NCBI GenBank assembly: GCA_044892525.1
Contig: CM097885.1
Coordinates: 238,578,001 to 238,642,000, forward strand
DNA length: 64,000 nt
Direction of reading: 5' to 3'
From: Schmidtea polychroa
Taxonomy: Eukaryota
In this document: in pieces, positions 11,676 to 23,200 of the stretch
How positions within the stretch are numbered: the stretch's first letter is position 1
Layout: each line of letters starts with the position of its first letter
Notes under the pieces: generated by a model
Database searches by the model: none
The model's input: only the letters and a program-made list of their open reading frames with translations
What the model was told of the DNA's origin: nothing
Program-made: the position numbers and the translations under genes

Positions 11676-14150
11676 TTGGAAAAGGAAGAGATACAAAAGG
11701 CCAAGACCAACAGAAAACTACACAGGAAGCCAGCATCAGTAGAAACAGTATTTGAATCAGACAGTTTAACAAACGAATTTGAGAACAGCGACGATCTTAA
11801 ACGAACCGAACTAGATCCGATAAGTGACATTGAATCATCAGACGAGGAAGGAAATAGTTCAGAGTCAACCAATATAACAATTTTGTGTCAAGAAATAATG
11901 ACAGACGGAATTCCAAATGTAACAGGGCTAACGGACCCACCGGAAACAAGTAATGTGCACGTCAACATTGGAGAATTCAGAGAGAAATTTCGAGGAGAGC
12001 CATTCGATGGAAATATAAACCAGCTGGAAACGTTTATAAAGGAATTCAAAGTATACATTACGATATGTCACTGGCCAGATATAGTCGTACGAGAACGAAT
12101 ACCCCTATATCTAAAGGGAAGCGCCCAAGATGTATACTTGGAGGCGAAATGTGATGCAACAAAGTTGAGAACGTGGAAAGAGATCAAGGAGTTTTTAATA
12201 AAAACATTCGGTACCGAAAAAGAGGGAAATCGAAAAATGTTAGACTTTCTGCATCGAAAGCAGAAATATAACGAATCCAACGCACTGTACGCATGCGAAT
12301 TGAGACGACTAGCACGAGAAGCCTTCGATTCAAATCAACCAGTTCCGGAAGACAAAATAATAGCCGTATTCGTAGATGGCATGAAACGGGAGGATATACG
12401 AGCAACTTTGGGATGCCGAGCACCAGAGACGCTGGAAGAAGCACTAAAAATAGCTAACAAATGTGAAACTTACCTAACACCAATACAAGTAGCAGCAATG
12501 ACAGCAGCCCCAGCAGCTCCAGCAACAACAGCAACAACCACAAACAACCAAGTCAATAATGCAAATCCAGTAATGAATCAATTCATCCCAGGATCGCAAC
12601 AGTTGTTCAAAACTCCACAAACAAGAAACCAAAACAATGGAGGTAATATTCAAAATTTTACTAATAATTTCAGGAACAACGACATCAACAATCGAACGTG
12701 CAACATATGCCAACGACCAGGGCATTGGAGCAATGAATGTTATAAAGCAAGGATGTGTCAAAAGTGTGGGAGAAGAGGCCACACGGAAAATGTCTGCAGA
12801 GGACCCATGATGTCTATGAGCAGAGGAGGAACCAGAACCTGCTACAATTGTAATCAGCCTGGACACATGGCAAGAGAATGCACGATGAGAACCAAACCAA
12901 ATCAACCAGGATCAAACAATCCAGTTCAGAACACACAAATCAACCTCATGCAGGAAATCGAACAATTAAAAGATATGATCCTGCGAATACCGACTAATAA
13001 CCAACAACAACGAATCAACATGATGCAGAGCACCGAGGAAATCCGGAACCAACCAAGTAAGCAACAACAAGATCAGCAACGAGTCGAATGGCAAAGATTA
13101 CAAAACGAGGAAGCCAGAGAAATTCAAGAAAGATGGAAACAACGGGAAGCGAATCCCGGAAGAATAAATATGATGAGATTAACAAATAAAGAGGAATCGC
13201 ACACTGCGGAGCAGTGTGTTAACAACGACGGGAGTGAACCGATAATAAACAAGGAGATAAAAACGACAAAAGAAAATGAGATTGATCCACGAACAGAATT
13301 GAGCAGTGAAGAGAAAATACAATTGATTAAAGAATTTACCAAAGAGGAGAAAGAAAGGAGACAAAAGAGAGATGAGAGTAAAGACGAACCAAAAAGCAAT
13401 GAGATAATTACAAAAAATCGAATTCAGAGGGTACTACTACAAAAAATCGAAGACAGAATCAAAAACGAAAACCCTACATTAACTGAGGAACAAATAAAAG
13501 AAAAAGTGAAAGAGCATTGGTTTAGGAAAAATGAGTGGTTTGAAAAGAAGGAACCACATACCAAAGCTAAAATAAACATGCTGAGACAAATGCGGAGCGA
13601 TCAGACGGATCAGGAAGATGAGAAAAGTGAGGTGAGTAGCCTGGGAGGCGAATTATTTCAGTCAAGTGAGGAAAATAACGAACCGAAAACACCTCCAAAC
13701 AGTGAAACACCTCAAAGTAGTGAGGAGAGTGAAAATGATGACATGAAATCAATGATAGAAAAAGATGAAGAAGAGATATTCGAGGAAATTCTCGACACAG
13801 TAACAGAAATAGAGCGAAATGAGAGCTACATCAACGAGTTAACATACAGAAAATGCTTAAAACTTATAACTCAAGTATACCAGTGTGAAGGAGGTATAAT
13901 AACGGCAGCATGGAAAGATTTAGCAACAAAATATAAAGAGAAACTAAAGGAAGCAGGCCCAGATCAATATCAAGTAAGTATTCAACACCCCGAGATTCAG
14001 ATACAGACTATTGAATTAAAAGGAACAAATACCGATGAACTGTACAACTGGGTACAGGAAAAAATGGGAACGAGCCATAAAAATAAACAATTATATGTCG
14101 ATGGTTACAAAGTTAAAATGGGCATACATTTGGTAGATGCGATGATATAG
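11676..14150 (+). CDS. gag: Gag (capsid-like domain, three CCHC zinc knuckles) plus charged linker and start of a ubiquitin-like module; N-terminal part of the polyprotein frame
   Basis: Retrotransposon gag motifs (PFDG...LYLKGSAQ...TWKEIK...RKQKYNES); CNICQRPGHWSNEC, CQKCGRRGHTENVC, CYNCNQPGHMAREC. Frame is open from 11589; first ATG at 11898; ends at a TAG in frame with the next ORF. Confidence 0.92.
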   Translation: MEKEEIQKAKTNRKLHRKPASVETVFESDSLTNEFENSDDLKRTELDPISDIESSDEEGNSSESTNITILCQEIMTDGIPNVTGLTDPPETSNVHVNIGEFREKFRGEPFDGNINQLETFIKEFKVYITICHWPDIVVRERIPLYLKGSAQDVYLEAKCDATKLRTWKEIKEFLIKTFGTEKEGNRKMLDFLHRKQKYNESNALYACELRRLAREAFDSNQPVPEDKIIAVFVDGMKREDIRATLGCRAPETLEEALKIANKCETYLTPIQVAAMTAAPAAPATTATTTNNQVNNANPVMNQFIPGSQQLFKTPQTRNQNNGGNIQNFTNNFRNNDINNRTCNICQRPGHWSNECYKARMCQKCGRRGHTENVCRGPMMSMSRGGTRTCYNCNQPGHMARECTMRTKPNQPGSNNPVQNTQINLMQEIEQLKDMILRIPTNNQQQRINMMQSTEEIRNQPSKQQQDQQRVEWQRLQNEEAREIQERWKQREANPGRINMMRLTNKEESHTAEQCVNNDGSEPIINKEIKTTKENEIDPRTELSSEEKIQLIKEFTKEEKERRQKRDESKDEPKSNEIITKNRIQRVLLQKIEDRIKNENPTLTEEQIKEKVKEHWFRKNEWFEKKEPHTKAKINMLRQMRSDQTDQEDEKSEVSSLGGELFQSSEENNEPKTPPNSETPQSSEESENDDMKSMIEKDEEEIFEEILDTVTEIERNESYINELTYRKCLKLITQVYQCEGGIITAAWKDLATKYKEKLKEAGPDQYQVSIQHPEIQIQTIELKGTNTDELYNWVQEKMGTSHKNKQLYVDGYKVKMGIHLVDAMI

Positions 14151-14210
14151 CCAAACGAAACTAACATCTTAACCTTAGAGAAAACCAGAGATGACGACTC
14201 GGTAGCAGAG

Positions 14211-17200
14211 ATGTTCAAGAAAATCCAACAAGTGTTTAACAATGAAGTGGAACCAGAATTGGAAAAGATCGAACGAAAAATAATGAAAGAAAATCAAATA
14301 ATCTTAGTCAAACAAGCTATCGATCAGACAAGGAAATACATTAATAGACTGAGAGAAAGATGGCCACAACTAATGAAACAATTCGTTAAAGACGTACGAG
14401 ACACGGAAATCATGAGATTCGAAGACAAACGAGCGACAGAATTGATATCTAAATACGGAGAATACGAGAGAACCAAATGCGAGCATGAAACGATAAAAAT
14501 AAAGGTGAAGTTGCCAAATGAAGAGAAACAAATAATAGAAGTTAATCCCGATTGCCAAGTTGACGAGTTAGTGCAAATCATAGATCAAGAGATCATCCAA
14601 AAAGCTCGAGAAAATAGTGAGGATGGAATGATCGAAGATGTGATAATAATGTACAACCGGCACATGCTAGAAAGAGGAGACCGAACTGTAATTAACGAAC
14701 TAGGAATCTGGGAAGATGGAGCCGTCATCAATATAATCGCGATGGATGAACCATCTGGTGGGCACAAAAACGCCACGAAAACCGAGCAACAAATTAAAAG
14801 ATTCCAATGGGGAATGAGGGCAAAGATGGATCGAATAATAGATATTTATAACCATTGGCTAAGGGATGATAAACTAAAACTAGCAGCCTTCAATGACGAA
14901 GATTGCAAACTGATACCATGGAAAAAAGTGTGGATCGAAAGTGAAGCTCGATGGGATTGGGAGCAGCAAAAGTTGGAACCAAATTGGATAGATAATATAC
15001 CCGAAGAGATCGCAGCAGTATGGGTAAGAGAGAAACCGATCGATACTTACCAGGATATATTACCACAAGAGTTCCAAAATGAATTACAATCAGGAGAAGA
15101 TGAGGAGATACGAGAACCGGTAAGGTTAGCACCATTCACGTGGAAAATCGAGAATTGGATGGAAAAGATAAAATTAGCAAAAAAGGAGAAAATCACGCGA
15201 TTAGTAAGCCCATCGTTCTACTCAGGATTAGGTGAGTACAAGATGAAATTGCGAATATACCCGAACGGAGACGGGATAGGTAAAGGAAATTATGTGTCGG
15301 CATTCTTCGCCATCTGCAAAGGAAATTATGACGACAAGGTACCATGGCCGTTTAGCAGAAAAGTGACGATAGCAATCGAACCATTGAAAGATAGCCTTAA
15401 CATGCATAAAGAAACATTGAAACCAGATCCAAGGAGCGCCTGCTATCAACGACCAACAACATCAGAAAATATCGCTTCTGGGACACCTAAATTAATACGT
15501 CTAAGTTACATTGAGAATGAGCAGTCAAAATTTGTGAAAAACAATGCTATCCAGATCAGAGTAGAAGTTGAAACAGAACAAGAAATGAACCAACGACTGA
15601 ACATACCAGAAAATCAACCGAGAATCTGTATGATGAGGAGAAGAGTGCCTGATTCAGGACATCTACCAATAGACGCAGATGCAGATGAGGAGGAAGCAGC
15701 AACATTGTTGGAAGCACAAAAATGTAAGGAGTTGATGGAGATATTACAAAACGGGGCGAAAAATCGTCGACGAGCGGTGGTAGAACTAGCAAAATGGATA
15801 GCCGAATCATGCAAAAGGATTCAAAACCTACGAAAGATCGTTAAAGCGATTGAAGAATATCGACGGGTATACGTATGGTACCCTGAACAATTTGGTGAAA
15901 TCATCCGGAAATGGAAACAACGAGAGTGGGCCGAAAACTCACCTGAGAAATATCAATTAAAAATATTCATGCCAGATTTTGAACCAATGGAAAAGGAATT
16001 CTATACGACAGCTAAAGTCAGAGAAGTTAAAAAGAGAATACCTTATGAACTCCCATTCCACTTACAACACGAGGGACGATCATTAGACGACGATATTGAG
16101 ATCGGTGTGACACCACTCCAAGGAGAAATTGTGAACAGATTAACGGTGAGTAAAATTGCAGGTAGAGAGCTAAGGAGAAGAGAGATAAAGCAAAAATCAT
16201 CCACCCAACAACCAGGAAGTTTGGACACACCAGAAGTTCCAAATGCGGTTAGTGAAGTGACGATCGAAACAACGGGAGAAGACGAAATACTGGATGAATT
16301 ACAAGAGATAGTAGAAGCAGGCGAGATTATGAGAGCATCGCAATCAGGAGATCTATTTATCGACGAAGGTGAACCGACAACTGATGATTTAGATGGATTT
16401 GTATGCGCGCAGAGACAACCAGTGGAAACGACGGAAGCCGAGACGGATTTAGATAACGTGGAAAGAGGTGCCAATAAAGATGTAACCACAACCGATGAAT
16501 GGAGCAACTGGAGAGTAGATCCAGGAGCGACCACGTCAAAAGATACAACTTACAATCCGCCAAAACGGAAAGAAACCGGAACAGCTATGGATCGACGAAC
16601 AAGAGGAAGACCAAAAACAGATAAAGCAGAGATCGAACCAAAATCCAAAGTTCAGGCGCAAATGGAGCAGGTAAAAACTAAAATGGATAAACTAAGTGCA
16701 TTAGTAAAACAAGTTAAAGTGAAGACAAGCGTCCGAGAACAAGGGACACGATGGATAAATGACCTATTAGCCAACATGTTAGCATTAGCAAATCCAGATG
16801 TGAAAAGAGTCATGAGGAAGGATAATATTCCGACCGAAGCCAAACAATTATGGGCAGTATTGAAACCGATAATAATGAAAATCATGGATAATAAAATTCG
16901 ATTAACGTTAAAAGATCCCGTGGAACTCAGATTAATTGTGGAACATCTATTAAGCAGATCAGAGGACCAAAATCGATTTTTAGTGGGATTAGCATATTTA
17001 GTATATAACGTTATCGGTCAATATAAAAAACGAATGCCAAAATATAACGCAACGGGTTACGAATTCACAGTAACAGAAATAATTAAACGATCAATAGAAC
17101 CATATATACTTGAACAAGGGGGATGGAGAAGCTTCATCGAATCAACTGGGAAGAAAGATCAAACGGAAATGATGCAAGCAAAGTTACGCGATTTGCTAAC

Positions 17201-20200
17201 TGAATTCGAAGGAACAATCAATATAAACGACCCAAGAGCAAGTCGAAAGGGAATGAATGCCATAATAACCACGATATTGATATGGATGATGTGTATCAAA
17301 GGAACGGAGTCATTTGCAGTATACGACTGCGACAACATAAAAATCCATGAGAAATATTCATTAAAGGATACGGAAGACTGTAAAGCGGCAAACCCAAGAA
17401 AATTACAAACAGTCATGGCATCAGTCTCGTACAACGTATATCAAGAAGCAGATTTCATCAAAACTATGGTCCAAGAGTGTACGGTAACCAGAAAGATATT
17501 CGCACATCACTGCGGTTCATCCTCACACTCAACAATCATAGAACCAGGATTGGAATCGACAGTAATATTACTATCAAGAGAGGAATGCGAGGAAGGGTTC
17601 CGATCAGGGAGAATCCACTTAAGGCAAGGGATTGAAATCGCTGCAGAACCAGGAAAAATAAAAACGACTCGCGTATATACGGCGGGCAGAATCACTAAAG
17701 GAGACGGAACATGTGAGACAGGAACATACACCTTGAACGGACAACTGGTTAGTGGAGTGGTCGTAATAGAAAGTTACGAAGCTAAATTGGAAAAGTATCA
17801 AGGCTACTTTGACCCTGACACGCAAGCAATGAAGAAATACCCAAGCTGTCTCGCATCAGATCGATCATGTTCAACCGGAATGTCAACTCTGGTATACCAC
17901 GCAGATCAGAAAGTATGTCGACTAATGTTACTCAAGACAGCAATATTCGAAGAAATCCAAGGGAAAGTGTACAGTGAACCAAAAGGAGAAGCAGAGAGAC
18001 GAGCGATGGAAGAATTGAGAGCAAGGAAAGGATTCAGGGAAGACGTAATAACATCAAAATTGGAATCGGAAGTAACACCCACAGCGATAATCTCCAAAGA
18101 CGATGGAATAGGAATGAGGTTCATAAAGAACAAAATGGTGAGTAAATGCGATGAGATGGTGATCAGCACCAATTATAAAGGGATCTACTTGTCGCGGAGA
18201 ACCCTAGCAAATGCAGTCGGAAGACTAAGCGAAAAGGATGTCAAATTATATTTATACGCTAATAATAAGATGGATTTCTTATATCACAGAGGATTAACAT
18301 CCACGGAAAAAGTCTACCATGATCTGTTAAGAAACGATTGCCTGCTCAACAAAGAAATATTGAGAACAAAATTAGCAATGGCGATTACAAATCCAGATAA
18401 CGCAATTCCACTACTACCATTACAGGAAGGATATTTCGGACGAATCGTGGGCGAAGTGATGTACACCTACCAATGCAAAAAGATAATGGCAAGATTGCCG
18501 GAAAACCCTACAATACCAAGGGATAAGTGTGCAAACGAACTCGAAATTATTCACGAAGGTAAACCCAGGTTTGTGCAAGCAGTCACTAGGATAATGAACC
18601 CGGTAGGGTTTCAGCCAAATCTGTTTAATTGCAGTAATGCATATGGGCCAATGTATGAAAAAGAAGACGGACAATGGGTTCAATTTCCAAGTAAAACAAT
18701 CGTAGTGACACCCAAGAAATTTGGATTGACGGAACTAACAACAGAATTAGAGTTCAAGCCGATAGACGTATCACAGAGTGGATTATATACACCAAAAGAT
18801 CTTGAATCAGCAAGGGCCCACATGTTATTCCCAGCACACAGACAAGCGATCCTATCAAATATAGTGACTATTTCTGGAGGAAATAATTATGGGGAGAGCC
18901 CAAATTACGAGCTATTATTATCACCAAGTCACTATCAACAAGCAACAGCAAACATGATGAAGGCTATGTGGGGTCGATTTTTGGTATTTGGCCAAATGAT
19001 GGCAGGAATACTCGGAATTATTCTGATAATACAAATAGTCAGAGTAATACTAACCCAGATGCTAGCATGTTTTGACATCTATAAGCGCGAGAGAAAAGTA
19101 AATTGGAAACTTGCAATTGGATTCTTACCGTTCTTAGCGAAAACAATGGTGTTGCATGGACACTCAAAGGATATTCATCGAATAAAAAGATTGTTGAAAA
19201 TACTAACGCAAATGAAAGGGACAGACGAAGAAGTCGGACGTAAGTTCAAAGTGATAATGAGATTAGAAGCAGAAAGAACTCAAGAGAAAGCAAAAAGAAC
19301 CGGGAAGTGGAAAAAGTGGATGAACCTCAGACGAGACGATGATAGTGACAACGACAATGATGATTTCGACGACGATGATAATAACCAAGGAGGAGCAATG
19401 TTGATAAATAAAAATACAGCCACTTGGGAAAACGAAAAAATGAAACCATGGGGATCACCGTATTCACAGACCCCATATTTACAAGCACCAACTAATGGAC
19501 CAATGCGACGACCAGGAACAATGAGAGAACGGATAAGAATGGGAACCGGGAGATTGCCCGTACCAAATATTTACCCAACGGCGTATGAACCAAATTGGGC
19601 AGCAATGGACCCAACAATGATCAAGCCAATTAAAAATGTGGGGCAAGAGGTGGAAACACGAACGATTGCGGTATTGCAGACACCAGCAGGACCATCGTTA
19701 ACTATCACGGTCGAAGTAAACGGAATAGAGATGGATGCAATGATTGATACCGGAGCAAATATCTCAGCAATAAATATGAATATGCTACCAGGAAGACTAT
19801 GGCCATGCATTGAGGAAACAACCATGGATGTAATAACATGCAGCAAACAATCCATAGCGGTAGTAGGAAGAGTATGGTCAACGATCGAATACAAAGGGGT
19901 TAAAGTTACAACGTACCTCGCAGTCATTAGACAGCTAAGCGTATCATGTATAATTGGAACAGATGTAATGCCGGAATTATTGAAAGAAATTGTGATTGAT
20001 TTGAGTTCCATGAAATTAAAAGATAAAACTGGACAGATATGCACAATGAGAACAGAAGTGAGATGCTCCGAAAAAATGATAATACCAGCACGTACCCAGA
20101 CAATATGTTATGTCAAGGTCGATAACGAAGCCAAAGGAGATATGATATTCGAACCAAGTCAAAAATTTGAGAAGAGAAGAGAGCTACCATTGGCAAGAGA

Positions 20201-23200
20201 GATCGTCAGTATAAATGAGGATAATGAGATACCCATCAACATCACCAATTTTGACGAAGAAGATAAAGTAATCTACGAAAACGAGAGACTTGGGAAACTC
20301 ACACCAATGATGAACATCGAACTGCCGGAGTTAAAAAGCGAAGGAGCAGACGAAAAAGAATTGTGGACCATCGATAGCGAACTCCTAAATGAAGACGAAA
20401 AGGAACAACTCAGACAACTACTGATTGAGTTTAAAGATATTTTTGCGGCTTCAGATTTGGATTTGGGTACCAGCGATGTAACGCAACACATTATACCATT
20501 AACGGATGAGACACCCATAACTTTGAGACCATATCGATTAGCCGAAGCACAGAAAACGGTAGCAGAGGAGGAAGTACAAAAGATGTTAGATGCCGGAGTG
20601 ATAGAACCTAGCTGTTCACCATGGCAATTTCCAGTGGTAATGGTCAAAAAGAAAGATGGCACACAGAGATTTTGTATCGATTATCGGAGGTTGAATGCAG
20701 TAACAAAAAGGGATACATACCCACTGCCAGATATTAACGAAATGTTACAGATGTTACATGGAGCAGCATACTTTACATCTTTAGATCTAAAGAGCGGATA
20801 CTGGCAAATTAAAGTTAAAGAGGAAGATAGAGAAAAGACAGCCTTTACCATCGGAAAAGATTTATATCAGTTTAAAAAGATGCCATTCGGATTAACAAAT
20901 GCACCTGCTTCGTTTCAAAGATGTATGAACTTTGTGACACACGGAATTAAACAATGTATGGTGTATATTGATGATCTGTTAATTTATTCAGGTACTTTCG
21001 AGCAACACTTAATCGATATCAGAAACGTCTTCATAAGACTGAAACAATGGAAGCTGAAATTGAAACCGTCAAAATGCGATTGGGCAAAGGAGAGAGTCAC
21101 GTTTTTAGGACATATTGTGTCGGCAAAAGGAAAGGAACCAGATCCGAGAAACGTTGAAAAGATAAAAAATTGCCCGATACCAAAGACTGTGACTCAGGTA
21201 CAAGAATTTCTGGGATTATGCGGATACTACCGCAAGTTCATCAAAAATTATGCAACTATAGCAAAACCAATTCAGGAACTAACGAAAAAAGACACCCCAT
21301 TTTTGTGGGAAAGAGAACAGCAAATAGCATTCGAATCGTTAAGAGATAAACTAATAGCCTCACCTATTCTAATACACCCAGATTTTAAAAAGCCTTTTCT
21401 ACTAGCAACCGATGCCAGTGGATATGCATCAGGAGCTGTGCTAGGACAATGGGATGAGGAGAAACGAGAAAGAGTCATCGGATATTATAGCAAGACGTTC
21501 AAAAAGCACGAAAAGAATTACTCAGTCACAGAAAGAGAAGCCTTAGCAATAATTCAGGCGATAAAACATTTCAAATATTTATTGTGGGGACACGAGATAA
21601 TTATTACTACAGACCATCAACCTCTAGTTTGGTTGGGCCAACACAAAGAAGCATCTAGTCGATTAATGAGATGGGCAATGCAGTTACAAGAATATTCCCC
21701 ATACATCAAATTCAAGTCAGGAAAAGCAAACGCAAATGCAGACTGCATGTCGAGATTTGTATTTGAGGAACTCATGGATCATGACGTCAGACGAATATGC
21801 CTGATAATCGCGGAAGATATCGATTTTACCAATCTAAAGAACGAACAAAAGGAAGACAATGAATTAAAACTAATAATTGAGTTCCTGGAAAAAAACGATA
21901 TGAAAATATTCAACAACGATGATCGACTAAAAGAACACATGGAGAAAAATCGTCACAGATATACGATCGAGAAAGGATGGCTATTGGTAATGGATGGCGA
22001 CAAACGATTGATGTGTCTACCAGAAAGTAGACGGAAAGAAATTATGATTCAATACCACGATGGTAAATTGGGCGGACATATGTCAGCCAAGAAAACAGAA
22101 GCAAGGCTCAAACAGAAATATTACTGGCCAAATATGAGCGATGACGTGAAAGAATGGATAAAGAACTGCCTGATATGCGCAACCAGAAAAACAACGGGCA
22201 GTAAACTAAAGCCACCATTGAAACCAATGCCGATACCGCCAGAACCGATGACAATGATTGCAATGGATGTAGTTGGACCACTACCAGAGACTAACAGTGG
22301 AAATGTGTATATATTGGTAATAACTGATTATCTGACTAAGTTCCCTGAAGCATTTGCGATGCCAGACCAAAAAGCACGAACGGTTGCAAGGATATTAGTG
22401 GAAGAGATCTGCTGCAGATATGGAACACCAAAACAAATCTTAACTGACCAAGGAACTAATTTCATGAGCGAGATAATAAATGAAGTGACAAATTATTTTA
22501 GAATCGCCAAATTGAGAACCTCACCATACCACCCGCAAACGAATGGTCAGACAGAAAGATTTAACGGCATACTAATAGACATGATGTCCAATTACGTGAG
22601 TAAACATCAAAAGGACTGGGATGAATATATTAAGTTGTGTCTAATGGCTTATCGAATGTCAATACACTCAGCAACGAAAATGAGTCCGTTTAAACTCATG
22701 TATGGAAGGGAATGCAACATGCCGATGGATCTCGAATACCAACCGCCAATCTCACAATATATGGAAATAGATGATTATGTGACAAAGTTCAAAGAGAGAA
22801 TGCAGGAAATATGGAAAACCGCAGGAATGAACATCCGATTCAACCAGGAAAGTTATAAAGAATTACATGATAAAAAGAAGAACGTGCAAAACCATCAATT
22901 TAAAGTCGGAGATTGGGTTATTATAGAAACACCCGAGTTAATCCCAGGAACAGCAAAGAAATTACAACGTAATGGCAGAGGACCATATGAAATCATCTAT
23001 GTAAACGAGAACAACGCTCGAGTAAAGTTGGTTAACAATCCACTAATTAGACCCATATACGTGAATACATGTCGATGTAAAGCAGTAGCGAAAACTGCCA
23101 CTAAAGATCCAGAAACAAGGAAGATAATCACGAGATCACAAACAAATGCCACAACAGAACCAGAAGTAAGCGGTAGATTAACTAGATCACAGACAAGACG

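Noticed and set aside
14100..14210. -1 ribosomal frameshift between gag and pol
   Set aside because: The two ORFs are in the same frame; no shift is needed.
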